Counted from the whole stretch's first letter, positions 14,540 through 27,625 are shown. The stretch: 63,414 nucleotides of DNA, filler included, from Octopus bimaculoides (GCF_001194135.2; 6 parts of 6 records of this genome joined end to end with filler, not necessarily neighbours in it); one strand, 5' to 3'. Program-made: numbers and translations. The notes: generated from the sequence alone by a model not told the origin.

Positions 14540-14540
<1 letters not shown>
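13830..14540. repeat. Three copies of a ~180-bp unit (direct, direct, inverted)
   Basis: 13830-13950 and 14108-14284 are direct; 14363-14540 is inverted to both. Confidence 0.85.
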
Positions 14541-14584
<44 letters not shown>

Positions 14585-15658
14585 NNNNNNNNNNNNNNNN
14601 NNNNNNNNNNNNNNNNNNNNNNNNNNNNNNNNNNNNNNNNNNNNNNNNNNNNNNNNNNNNNNNNNNNNNNNNNNNNNNNNNNNNNNNNNNNNNNNNNNNN
14701 NNNNNNNNNNNNNNNNNNNNNNNNNNNNNNNNNNNNNNNNNNNNNNNNNNNNNNNNNNNNNNNNNNNNNNNNNNNNNNNNNNNNNNNNNNNNNNNNNNNN
14801 NNNNNNNNNNNNNNNNNNNNNNNNNNNNNNNNNNNNNNNNNNNNNNNNNNNNNNNNNNNNNNNNNNNNNNNNNNNNNNNNNNNNNNNNNNNNNNNNNNNN
14901 NNNNNNNNNNNNNNNNNNNNNNNNNNNNNNNNNNNNNNNNNNNNNNNNNNNNNNNNNNNNNNNNNNNNNNNNNNNNNNNNNNNNNNNNNNNNNNNNNNNN
15001 NNNNNNNNNNNNNNNNNNNNNNNNNNNNNNNNNNNNNNNNNNNNNNNNNNNNNNNNNNNNNNNNNNNNNNNNNNNNNNNNNNNNNNNNNNNNNNNNNNNN
15101 NNNNNNNNNNNNNNNNNNNNNNNNNNNNNNNNNNNNNNNNNNNNNNNNNNNNNNNNNNNNNNNNNNNNNNNNNNNNNNNNNNNNNNNNNNNNNNNNNNNN
15201 NNNNNNNNNNNNNNNNNNNNNNNNNNNNNNNNNNNNNNNNNNNNNNNNNNNNNNNNNNNNNNNNNNNNNNNNNNNNNNNNNNNNNNNNNNNNNNNNNNNN
15301 NNNNNNNNNNNNNNNNNNNNNNNNNNNNNNNNNNNNNNNNNNNNNNNNNNNNNNNNNNNNNNNNNNNNNNNNNNNNNNNNNNNNNNNNNNNNNNNNNNNN
15401 NNNNNNNNNNNNNNNNNNNNNNNNNNNNNNNNNNNNNNNNNNNNNNNNNNNNNNNNNNNNNNNNNNNNNNNNNNNNNNNNNNNNNNNNNNNNNNNNNNNN
15501 NNNNNNTGGTTGGTAAGCAAGCTACTTACCACACAGCCAATAATATAATATAATATAATATAATATAATATAATATAATATAATATAATATTAGGATAAA
15601 AACTTTATAAGAATTTATCAAGTAGTTAGCGTGAAAAAACCTCATAAGGCAAAAAAAT

Positions 15659-16212
15659 ATCATTTTTTTTTCCATAAATATATATAATGTAATTTATATA
15701 AGGGCATTCTATACAATAATGCCTCACGTTAAGAGGGACTCCATAAGTCAAACTACCAAAATAAGCACAATTTTACCGATCGCGAGTGAATGCAACTTTC
15801 AAAGCTAACTTCCTAAGAACTTTTAACTTAACGGCAAACCAATGGTTTCATAATTAATGCAGTAAACTGCATCTTGTATTCATCAGTACACGTATGGCCA
15901 ACACATAAAAATAAGCAAAACTCAACATACCCTAATGTATTCAGCACAGTACATAGGCGATTGTTCATCCTTATATATCCATGAAATAGGCGTGCTTATT
16001 AAGCTACACTTCGGCACATGTGCTTTTACGGAATAATATTAAGCATTGAATATATTCTAATTATTCATAATATAATATTAGGATAAAAACTGTATAAGAA
16101 TTTCGGTAACAATGTGCTTATTTTGATAGTTTTGAGTTATGGAGTCCCTCTAAGCGTATAGGAATGCCCTTATATAAATTAAATTTTATATATTTATGGG
16201 AAAAAAATGATG
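15659..16212. mobile_element. MITE-like element with about 120-bp imperfect inverted arms
   Basis: 15659-15778 (...agggcattc...gagggactccataagtcaaactaccaaaataagcaca) is the reverse complement of 16104-16212. Confidence 0.65.
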
Positions 16213-16281
16213 GTTTTATATATATATATATATATATNNNNNNNNNNNNNNNNNNNNNNNNNNNNNNNNNNNNNNNNNNNN

Positions 16282-16293
16282 TTAATTAATTAA
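16282..16293. other. Artificial six-frame-stop linker inside a 100-bp gap
   Basis: 44 N + TTAATTAATTAA + 44 N. Identical linkers at 39213, 48860, 54587 and 58966. Confidence 0.95.
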
Positions 16294-16337
16294 NNNNNNN
16301 NNNNNNNNNNNNNNNNNNNNNNNNNNNNNNNNNNNNN

Positions 16338-16830
16338 CTGTGCGTGAGAAGACCCGGCAAGCCAAGTGAGATCGTTGCCAGTGCCCCTGGACTGGCTCTT
16401 GTGCGGTTGGCACATAAGATGCACCATTTTGAGCGTGGCCGTTGCCAGTACCGCCTGACTGGCCTTCATAGGATTTTTGAGCGAGATCGTTGCCAGTGCC
16501 CCTGGATTGGCTCTTGTGCGGGTGACACATAAAAGACACCATTTTGTGCGTGGCCGTTGCCAGTACCGCTTGACTGGCCTTCGTGCGGGTAACACGTAGA
16601 AGCACCCACTACACTCTCTGAGTGGTTGGCGTTAGGAAGGGCATCCAGCTGTAGAAACTCTGCCAAATTACATTGGAGCCTCGTGTTGCCATCCGGTTTC
16701 ACCAGTNNNNNNNNNNCTGCCAAATTACATTGGAGCCTCGTGTTGCCATCCGGTTTCACCAGTCCTCAGTCAAATCGTCCAACCCATGCCAGAATGGAAA
16801 GCGGACGTTAAACGATGATGATGATGATGA
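16338..16830 (+). mobile_element. Young RTE 3'UTR/tail (tandem gttgccagt units, GAT tail)
   Basis: Same 3' module as 32900-33400 but CpG-intact. Ends ggcgttaggaagggcatccag...ggacgttaaacgatgatgat. Confidence 0.7.
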
Positions 16831-17135
16831 GGGGGTACCCAAAAGAAACCGGAATCTTGCAATATTGTTTTATACACTTACTTTTACATGTTTATACTTT
16901 TATTGCCTTCAAAGTATTCTCCATTTGAAGCAATGCATCGATCCAGGCACTTTTTCCACTGTTCAATGCAATCATGGAACTCTTCCACATCTACAAAACG
17001 CTTTCCTTTAAGGACTCTTATCATTCAGGGGAACAAAGGTGGTGTGTGCAGGCACCTTGTATTTGTAAATCCTAAGTTTGTTACTTTAGATTCTTATATT
17101 ACTAGAATAATATTATATGGGTTTTTGCTGCTATA

Positions 17136-19050
17136 ATGGAGAAATTACTTGTTGATATGTCATTGAAAGACATTCTTATGCCACTCAGGAAGGACTTTAT
17201 GAAAGACCTTATTATTAAGACTTTCGCATTCATACATAGAATACATTGGATCACTTTTCACCATGAAAAGAATATTGTCAAAGAAGGCAGTCAACTTACT
17301 GAAGATTTAGAAATCTATAAGAACTACAAAACCAGAAAATTTCCACCCCCTAGCTCATTTTTGGAAGCTTTCGAGAAGGATATATGGAACATTGTCAAGA
17401 ACACTAAGTTTGTTAAATATCCCCTTAGAGGGAATGAACACCTGTTAAAAATGAAGGCTTTAGTGTATGAACTAAAAAATAAGAGCAACAAGGGAATTAT
17501 TGTGCCTTCAGACAAAACTAGTAATTTATATCATATGGATATTTATAAATATGAATTAATGGAAAATGAAATCACTAGTAGCTATAAGGTTGTAGGTAAG
17601 ACTGTATCAAGAGATATCAACTTAGAAGCTAAATAAATTATGTGTGATTTTGATCTTGATGACAGAACTGAGCATTTTGTGCCCAAAAGGCCCAGAATTG
17701 TTTTGAAAGATCATAAAGTAAATTTCTTCTCCAACCTTAAAGTTAGATTAATTTGCCCAGGAAGTTCAAACCTGGGTAAATTAAGTAAATTTATGCTAGA
17801 CAAGTATATTTCCAAACTTAAGGAAACATTAAAATTAGATCTCCAATACACAGGAAGTCATTAATTGGTTTGACAAATTAGATAATAAAAGTAGAAGTAA
17901 ATTTATTCAATTAGGCATTAATACTTATTATTCTTCAATTAATCCCATTGTACTAAATAGTGCGCTTATTTTTGATAGAAAAAATTCTAACCTAAGTTTA
18001 AGAGAAATTTAAGTTATTTTGGAAGCTATCACTCTATTCGATAACAAGTAATGGGCCAGAAAAAATACTACTGATTATTTTGACATAATCATAGGCTCAA
18101 CTGATTCCGCTCAAGTTACAGACTTAGTGGGTATTTACAAACTGTATTATTTCCATAAATTCCCAGAAATTAAAGTGGTCTCTATAGAGATGATGCAGTA
18201 TTTTTGATCAATAGTAAATCCAATACAAAAATAAACCTATATATGAAAAAGTTCCATAATTGCTTTAAAAGATTTGGTTTATCTCTATAGAAAATGAACA
18301 TGATTCGGTTAATTACCTAGATGTAAATCTTAACCTTGTTACTGGCCTATACAGTCCTTATCATAAACCCTACAGTACTTTAAAATACATCAACTTTCAC
18401 AGTGTTTTCTATTTATTATCTAATGAGGAAATATTTAATGATAATGCCCTTAAAAAGACAGGATATTGGAATAGTATGATATATTGTAATAAGAATGGGA
18501 ACTACAGCAAATCTCATAATAATGGAAAACTGATTGACAATGAAGTGGGTGAATATAATGGTAGAAAAGTATCCAATTTATTTGTAAATAGTAATATGAT
18601 TAACAATAGTATTAATATTAATAAGAACAAGAGTAGTAAGTATACCCTGAATAAAAATAAATATTTAAATAAACTTAGGTCTAATGATAATATACGCCAT
18701 ATGCCAACCCAAATACACCCAGTGATGTTAAGTATAATGAAGATAAATTATATTTGGTTTATCATTCCTTATGCACAAAAAATAAAAACGAATCTAATCA
18801 AGCTATTTTACAGACATATATCTAAGCACTTTAATAAAAAACAAAAATATTATAAAATAATTAATAGCAAAAGGATTTGAATAGGTTTTTCAGTATCTGA
18901 AAGTTTGTTTAGAATTATCTCCTTCCTTGATAATAAAAATTTGGACAATTTTTGTAATAAAAGAAAAAATAATAATATTACAGATAATGATCTAGCTAGA
19001 AATTGTGATTGTAGATATAAGGATAACTGTTTATTTAATAATTTTTGTTT
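17136..19050 (+). mobile_element. Degenerate Penelope-like element (RT and C-terminal region)
   Basis: Frameshifted motifs SDKTSNLY, LKDHKVNF..VRLICP, FDIIIGSTDSAQVTDLVG, LYRDD, VNYLDVNLNL..YHKP, IWFIIPY..KTN..ISKHF, CDCRYKDNC, all typical of invertebrate PLE ORFs. Confidence 0.8.
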
Positions 19051-19059
19051 TAGAGAACA

Positions 19060-20390
19060 TTATTGAATATAGATGTAGGGTGGATTGCGCCTCCACTTTC
19101 TATCATGGAAAGTTGTAAAACATCCCACTCTACATGCTGCAACCTTGCAGAATGCACATTGGAAATACGTTTCAACTGGCCGTCCACTGGGAGTTTTTCT
19201 TTGTTGATGTAGACATTCACGGCACTGCCTTTTGCGACCCCCAATTTTTTCCAATTTATGTAGATCAGCAGAACTCAGAGGGAGATCTCTCTGGCAGGCT
19301 TTGCTTTTCCTTCCTGCAGTTATTTTTTTTGAGGAATAACCTGCCCTCAACTGCGTTGCGACATCTGCTTGGAACTGCAGATGGTCGCACTGCTTGCGAA
19401 CCCCTCCTGATTTGGTATATAATATAAATGCATTTACAATGCTCATGTTTACTATATACCAAACCAGGTATTGCCACCGTTTATTACCTGGTCTACCAAC
19501 CAGATAATAACTCGTCATCTGGTTCAGCTGATCTACACCACCCATGTACCTGTTATAATCAAGGTTCACAAACAGAGTGCCATTTTCATCTACACATGGT
19601 TGTGCACAGGTAGATAGAAAATTTATCTGCCTCCTATCTCTGTATGCAGTTGCTAGCAGATTTCTTTTCTGCCATTGGATAATTTCACCTCTTTTTTTAA
19701 ATTTTGCTTTTCTTTATATCCAACGGCAGTCCTTTTCTACTTAGCCATTATTGTAGAACATGTATACGTTTCCACAGCTTCTAAATCCACCGCAAGTTTG
19801 ACCGAACTAAAAAATCGGTAAAAAAATATATATATATATGTGTGTGTGTGTGTATGTTTGCTTGCTTGTGTGTCTGTGTCCCCCACCATTACTGCTTGAT
19901 AGCTGGTGTTGGTGTGTTTGGGTTAGGGTTAGTGGCTCCGGTTATGGTGATAAATTCCAGACCACATCGTACCCTAGGCCATGCTGACTAACATTATTGT
20001 CTCTTTTCCCTGTATAAAAGCTAATTCCACAGCAGTGCCCAGTATTTGCCTCACAATTTTTCCAAACTTTGATCCCCCATTTTGTGGGTTTTCCTGGCAT
20101 ATACTGTCAGAAGCGTACTCTTCTTTTATACCCCACCATGCCCTCATCGACGGATAAGTATCTCTCAGGCTTGTAAAATGTTTATATGCATTTTGAACGC
20201 AGTCGATGAGGGGTCTTATTTTAAATAAGGGATCAAAGCTTGGTTCTCCACGTACTGGGGTACTGCTAGTGTCTCTCACATGTAAATATTGGTTCAGTTT
20301 CACGAATCGTACTCGCGTCATAATACTGGAAACATATTCATCGCCAAAAGGTTCCTGGTTGCTTCAGTAATTTGTTATTCTGGGTAATTG
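19060..20390 (-). mobile_element. piggyBac (PGBD4-like) transposase pseudogene, with a SINE fragment inserted near 19830-19930
   Basis: DPLFKIRPLID, SVDEGMV..YMPGKPTKWGIKVW, GLGYDVVW, YNRYMGGVDQ and a C-terminal Cys-rich CREC...CAFCKVAACRVGCF domain, with frameshifts. Confidence 0.88.
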
Positions 20391-20514
20391 TCTAATACCC
20401 ATAATAATATTTATNNNNNNNNNNNNNNNNNNNNNNNNNNNNNNNNNNNNNNNNNNNNNNNNNNNNNNNNNNNNNNNNNNNNNNNNNNNNNNNNNNNNNN
20501 NNNNNNNNNNNNNN

Positions 20515-20550
<36 letters not shown>

Positions 20551-21007
20551 ATATTCCTGCACTTTGTGTTTGGATAAAAGCCCGATGTTGAGCTAACTTT
20601 TCTTCAACTACAATCATTATACTCTCAAATGCTGTTGACTGTTCAGTAATTCTTGAAGCTGTTCTTGAAAAAAGGAGACAAAAAAATTGTCAAATTTAGC
20701 TCAAACACCCTATATATAACAAAACGTATCATTTGAAAACAGTGACACATTATCTACTGAAACAATGTATAAATAAGATTAAAAGAATGACAGTCATATT
20801 TCAAAGCGTCATAAATATGAAAATAAAGGTGATAAATCATAAATGCTGAAATAGCTTATCTCACTGAAATGTGGTACAAATATGGATACAAGCAAAAATA
20901 TAGCGGTTACCAACAGCTACATATCTAGTAATTCCTTAATATAAAAAAATATAGAAGTATAACTTTAAGTTAAATTATTGATAAAAAAATAATTGAAAAA
21001 AACGTAC

Positions 21008-21089
21008 CTTTTCATTATACTTTTTGCCTTTTAGAACTTCTGGAGCCATCCAATATGGAGAGCCAACAATAGACAGATGAATATCTTCT
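21008..21089 (-). CDS. TESK: Coding exon of TESK/center-divider-type protein kinase (activation loop, subdomain VIII)
   Basis: Acceptor catttttttactttacag and donor gtacgt. 82 nt encode (L)EDIHLSIVGSPYWMAPEVLKGKKYNEK. VGSPYWMAPE and the exon end at YNEK fit TESK rather than LIMK (VGNPYW). Confidence 0.87.
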
Positions 21090-23564
21090 CTGTAAAGTAA
21101 AAAAATGAGTCTAAAATTAATCAACAACTAGTCACAGATGTGTCTACTCAAATCAGTCTCATAACATGTTTGCTTTAATTCAGTAATATGGATGAGGTGC
21201 AGCAATAAATGTAATTATGTTGATTTCCACTAGGTTATTTAAAATTTTGTGAAAAACAGCAGAGTAGCAAAACTAAATGCTTTATGAGTAGTTAGTTTTC
21301 TTTATGTATGATTTCAATTCAAATTCTGCATGGGTCTAACAACCATATACTGAGATCAATTGAATCAATAATGCACTTCCCCATGGCTGTGTGAAAACGA
21401 TGAAAGAAATCATCAATTATGTAGTGTGTATTGTGGAGCAAGATAGAAGACTCTTGTAACATACATGGTTTGAATTTCAGATTGAAACCACAGGAAAACC
21501 ACGAATGTCAAATTCCCACTTTCATGTCCCTTAAAATATAGAACCTTAATGACTTAAAAGAAACCAGTATGTATTAATTATAGCATGGAAGAATTAGTGC
21601 AGCAAGTAAAAGGTCAGACTTCATGTTCTAAAGGGTTTAATTTAATACTTCATGTCCAATTATTGCTGAGATTAATCTCGAACTTCAGTATTCTTGAAGT
21701 GATAAAAATACATCTGCAAAACACTACAATAAATTTAATTGACTCTCTATAAGACTCAACCAGTTACAAAAATAAAACATGTAATATGTGGAAGCAAGTG
21801 ACAACAGTACCCTTTCCTTCACTAACTACTTGAAACTATGAAATGAACGTGTTATCAGATAGTTACACCTAGGTAGGAAAAGTACCTAAGGAGACACAAG
21901 GCAGTGGCTAGAGTAAAATTTAAACTCCTGACCAAGTATAGAAGAGTCCCACAGGAGATATTACTATCTATTACAGTCAAACTGATCTGAAATGTATTAA
22001 AAAAAATAAACTACTCAAAATAATAAATCACTTTTGATTTGAGTAATCAGCTAGGTTTCTTGTAGTAGTAATAACTATCCTTCTGTTCAGCAATTAATGA
22101 ACAGACGTTACTAACTATATAACCTGAAAGCAAAATGCAGAAAAGTAAAGATCAGCTCCTAAGTAAGATTGAAGAACTTTTTTATTACCTAGTCATGTAG
22201 ATATAGAAAAATGCTACATGGTGCAGTAGGAAAGAACTCTCTATTATACAATTTCCTATGAAGATAAAAATGCTTTTTTTTTTTTTTTTTTTTTTAGCCA
22301 TTGGGTTATTGCAACACTACCTGAAAATGTATTAATATAATCTGTTAGTCTTGCTATAAAGATTCACAGTAAGCTTAATCATGTTTACATACTTGTAAAT
22401 ACCTCACATGTTGTTTGATGCAGTGTAAAATTAACTGATAAAAATTTTGTTTGTCAATCACCACAATATGGTTATCACAATGTTTACAAGTTAGCCTGAA
22501 GATATCTAAAGAAGACTTCTACCAATTTTGCTTAGCATCTGGAGAAGAAAAAGAAAATGGATCCTGATGATATAAATAACAATGAAACCAGTTAATTAAA
22601 TCCTTGCCTCAAGCTGCTAAAAATGCCCTCATGAGCCTCAATTTCACAAAAAGATCAAATTACTTGTGCTATGATACTATATATTGATTATTTATTTATA
22701 CAAAATCATAACCTATAGTTCCTGATCAGTTGTTTGCATAAACTCAAATTTTGAGCTAAAATAATCTTTAAATAAGCATATATTAAGCCCTGTACTAAAT
22801 TAGATCTTCAAGCTAATTTAAAGCAAGTTAACATTGCTGAGTGAATGTCACCCTCCAGGATTTAAATTACATAAAAAGAAACTAATAAATACATTTCAGG
22901 TAAGTGCAGTGAAGAACCACTATTATATATATAACATGGTAGATACACATGGTTGGACTTTTCAAACAGTTGTATTTACATACATACCTTCATTATTACT
23001 ATTTTATACATTTACATTAAATATATTTAGAATTAGCTCAATCATTTGAGGTTAACAGATACATGCACAATCATTAGTCATAACACTTAAAGTCAAAATA
23101 ATTTCTGTCTTTTTGACAACTATAATGCATGAGGGAATAGAATTTATGGCAAATGGGGTTTATAGAGTGATGCTAATATATTTACTGAACATGAAAAAGC
23201 AGCAGAAATTGTGTCTCCCTAACATCAAAATAGTGGCCATTCCCTGAATAAATAAGCATATCATTTACTTTTTATATGTAATAATTAATATTCATGGAAT
23301 TGGTCAAGATAGGCACTGCTTACCTTGCCTACCCTGACAGCATGTCCTTGATACATTGTTTATGGTCACAAGATGTACCAATATATCATCATTATCTCCA
23401 ACCATGTGGACTGATTCAGTCAACACCAGGACCACAGGTAATGATCAGAAATGAAGCACTGACCCATTAGTTGGTAGGTCATAGTCCTAACTGACTAAGT
23501 CAAAAAAGAAAATCCCCCCTCCCCCCTCGAACAATTAAAAGACAAAGAGAAGAACATTACATAC

Positions 23565-23650
23565 AAAGGATCAGGTATTTTGGCAGCCAAGCCAAAATCA
23601 GCAACTATAGCAGTGTAGACATCATCATCAGAAATCTTAATAAGAATATT
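23565..23650 (-). CDS. TESK: Coding exon of TESK/center-divider-type protein kinase (subdomains VIb-VII, DFG)
   Basis: Minus-strand acceptor cattttgcatttattttccag and donor gtatgt. 86 nt encode NILIKISDDDVYTAIVADFGLAAKIPDP+TT, and the phase joins the exon at 21089. Confidence 0.85.
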
Positions 23651-24649
23651 CTGGAAAATAAATGCAAAATGTTTCTCAATTTATACATTATTTCAGAGCA
23701 TACTTTAGAAAAGGAATTTTAAACACAAGTTTTACATGAAACAAACACTAATGAGAAGTAAAAATATGTACACACACACATGCACACCACTGTGAATGTG
23801 AGTAAATTTTAGAATTATGAAATAATTTTGATTAAAATTTCATTTTGAATGCATGGAAAAATGTTCAATAATAAAATTTTGTTGCTAATTAAAAGTAAAT
23901 AACTTTAACATGTTTACTGTCAATCTCAAAAAGGAATATCACATTGCAATTGTCATCTTAAGCATCAAAGAATTTTAAGGCAGTAAGTAGATAAAAAAAT
24001 AGATCTTCAATTTTGATACAATTCCAGTCTACTATAATTGACCTTCCTAGAGAAACTGGCACATATTTCCAACAACTAGGTGAATTAATGTCTGGTACTG
24101 AAATACATGCACTGGATTTGAGCTTAATATTGAAACACGTTTCAATGTTTAGCTCTAATCCAGTGCATGCATATAATATATAAAATAATCACCATTTTTA
24201 TGTCCACTTTTTCTATATTGTATGAGATTTTTTAAAGAGTATCCTATAGATACCTTTGCTATGCTCAGTTTGTCACCTAGATTTCAGAGTCTATATTTAT
24301 GGGGATGTGAGGGAAAATGTGAGTGAGAGAGAGAGAAAGAGAGAAAGTGTGTCTGTGCGTGTGCATGTGTGCCTACATGTACATGCTCCTTGTACATGGA
24401 TGGTGTGGATTCTGTGAAAGGTATGGATGGCTAAACATCTATTTATTTTTTATGATTGGTGTTACTGTCTTTAGAAACGGAATGCTTGGAAACAGACAAC
24501 TTTGAATAGTTCCATCCACTCTGTGTTGAATAGATTAAGTGAACTTTTTAACACATATATCTTCACCTTTTTTGTTTGACCTCAAAATGTTACATTATAT
24601 ATGAATTTACTGGAAAAATATAATCTTTTACCTGTAACATCATGTGCTA

Positions 24650-25780
24650 CCTTTTTCAGTTTAATTCATTTCGGCCTACTGACATATTTCTATGTTTTTT
24701 CGTTTATAATGGTGATATCACTACCAGTGTCCGACTGCATTTTAACACTTATATTTCTGATTTTCACATTCATGAAGTTCCTCATCATTATATTACCAAT
24801 TTCTTCCAATGACATACTATTTATTCTTTTTCCTTTGTTCTGATGTTTTGTCATCTTTGTTATACAGTCTTTATATGTCCTATATCTCCACACCGAAAGC
24901 ACTCTGCTTTTTTAAATGGACAATTTTCCTCAGGAGTATACCTCCACATGTGAAACATGGGTTTATTCCTGACTTTTGTCATGGTTTTTAGAAAACACTT
25001 TATCTCTATTCTGATTATTTCACACTTGCTTTACTTGGAAACAATCTTTACATTTAGTTTCCTCCCTGTCGTGTCTTAATTTGACTATCCTTTCACATTC
25101 TCCTGACACTTGCTGTAGGGTTACATCCTGGATTTGCTCCAGCTTTGTGAGAATTCTAGTTCTAACTTCTGTGTCCTTTTTGGTAGTAAGTCTCTGTGTA
25201 AAAATCAGGCATCTGAACATATCTAGCGTTAATTCGTCCAGCTTAAACTTCTTGCATTTTCTGTTTACTCTACCAGCATATATAATGTAGCCCTTGTCAT
25301 TTTTCTCTATGTTCAGACACTTCCAATGTGTGCTGAACAATGAGCTGTTTTCACTGAAAATTTTACAGAATACATCTATCGTGTCATTAAAGTTTATGTC
25401 CGAAGGTTTTCTTGGGAGTACATAATTACTGTATCATTCATGTTCTGTTGCCACCAGTTTACTCAAGATTAAGCATGTTTTCATCTCGTCCCAATCTTTA
25501 TATTCTTTCTCGAATATTTGTTCTTATCTTCTGTAGTATGCTTCGAAGTTAACTCTTTCATCGGGTTTGTATTTGAACATCATTATGGAGTTCACAATAT
25601 AGTCTATCAAAAACACTTTTTCTGACTTTACTGATGACTTCAGTAATTGCAGCATTTGTTGCTTTTGTTGTTTTTTCAGTTGTTGTTGCTTCAGCTGTTG
25701 TTCTTGCAACTCAAGCAAACTGGCCAACAAATTTTCCATAATTTTTACAATTTTTTCGTAAAATTCACAAAACAAAACTT
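24650..25780 (-). mobile_element. Ty3/Gypsy LTR retrotransposon gag-protease relic
   Basis: FKYKPDERVNFEAYYRR, FNTHWKCLNIEK...FRCLIFTQ..RTRILTKLEQ, a zinc-knuckle remnant (CFTCG) and protease VKMQSDTGSDITII. Confidence 0.75.
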
Positions 25781-25876
25781 TGTTAATTTATTAACTCCTC
25801 TTCAAGTTTCTATTAACTCCATGTGAATTGGAGTTATAATCCTTAAAATGTTGGATTGTTATAATGCTCACTTTGG

Positions 25877-26034
25877 TGTACAGTATACTTAGTAAAACCA
25901 GTAAAGACACAATTAGCTCTGACTGCCTACTACGTACTCTGGTACTTCATATACTTCTCTTTACTTGTAGTGACTAAGTTATTCTATCTGTCACATGGGA
26001 TCGGGTGTATCATTGTTACTAATTCCCTACAACA
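25877..26034 (-). repeat. Candidate LTR of the Gypsy relic
   Basis: About 158 bp bounded by TGT...ACA, directly upstream of the minus-strand gag. No partner LTR or clear PBS found. Confidence 0.35.
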
Positions 26035-27144
26035 GTTTGTAAGAATTTTGATGTGAATTCACATGTTGAAACAGATTTTGTTGTATCTCAGGAAGACCAT
26101 TATGCCAATAAGAAACACACAAACACTGGTTATATTTCAATTATTATTAATCAATTAGTTAACCATTTAACCAATTACTAATCAATTGCTTAATTGACCA
26201 AGGAATTGATCAAACGATTAGCTTTTAACTAATCAATGGTTAACTAATTGACTACTAATAATAATACTTTCTACCTGTGAACAAGGAGGCCAGTTGATTA
26301 TATTGACCCCAGTACTCAACTGGTATATATGCTATTGACCCAAAAAGGATGAAAGACAAAGTCAACCTTGGTGGAATATGAACTGAGGATGTAATGACAA
26401 ATGAAATGCCGCTAAACATTTTATCTAGAGTGCTAATGATTCTGCCAAATCACCACCTTAATAATTGACTAATTACAATAAAAAAAAAATGAAATAAAAC
26501 CAGTGTATGTGTTCCCGCCAAGTGTTCCCGCCAAGATACAAGAAAATAAGTGAAGTGACCGAATTTGAATATCTATACATGTGCGTGCGAACACACACAC
26601 ACTAACATGCACACCTACACACAAGCAGTCTATTCACAAAGACAAAAGAACTATAAAAAAATAAATGTTTAATCACTCACATCTTTTACAGAATCTACAC
26701 CATTCACATATACAGGTATGCACACACATGCACATGTTCTCTCTCACACATTTACAGAACCATGTATGCAAGTGCACACACAAACACACACATGCATGTA
26801 CATGCACACATACACTTTCTCTCTCTCACATCTCCATAAACATAAATATAGAATCTGAAAATTAGGAGACAGACAGACCCAGAGGAGCAGGGGCTTGTCA
26901 ATGATGAGGTTGCAAATGAACAAAAGACTCAGATAAACCTAGCTGATTAACTGAATGATTAATCAAACCATCAATTAGTCAATTTGGTTAAATGGTTAAT
27001 TAGTGAAGTAATAACAGTGCATGTTTATTATTGGCATAATGACTCTCCCAAGATCCAATAAAATATTTGCTAATCTAAGTCAATTTACTCTATCAAGGGG
27101 ATGTTTTAGACATCTCAATGGTGAAAATAGAAAATAAAAAATAA

Positions 27145-27478
27145 CTATACAGGTGTGGCTGTGTGGTAAGAAGCTTGCTTCCCAGTGACATGGTTCAGGG
27201 GTTCAATCCCACTGATGGGCCAACCAAAGCCTTGTGAGTGGATTTGGTAGACAGAAACTGAAAGAAGCCTGTCATATATATGTGTATGTCTTCGTGTCTA
27301 TTTGTTCCCCTACCCTATCACCTGACAACCAGTGTTGGTGTGTTTAATTAACTTTAACTTAGCAGTTTGGCAAAAGAGGCCAATAGAGTAAGTACCAGGC
27401 TTTCAAAAAGAAGTACTGAGGTCAACACACTGGACTAAAAATTCTTTAAGGCAGTGCCCCAGTATAATAATAATAATG

Positions 27479-27544
<66 letters not shown>

Positions 27545-27625
27545 ATTATTATTATTATTATGGCTGGGTTCCAACCCAGTATGGCTGCAGTCTAATGATT
27601 GAAACATGTAAATGATAAAAGATAC
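27145..27625 (+). mobile_element. SINE family A, CpG-decayed, split by an (AAT)/(ATT) microsatellite
   Basis: ggctgtgtggtaagaagcttgctt...gggttcaatccc head, with the 3' end resuming after 27560. Confidence 0.75.

Noticed and set aside
14513-15553. Long ORFs through N-runs (also 40756, 50641, 54897, 59509 and others)
   Set aside because: Produced by assembly gaps.
16338-16600. Regularly spaced repeats resembling a CRISPR array
   Set aside because: Eukaryotic RTE 3'UTR tandem units with non-unique spacers and no cas genes.
22840-22906. Perfect CAG|GTAAGT donor on the + strand
   Set aside because: No convincing acceptor or homology; such motifs occur by chance.
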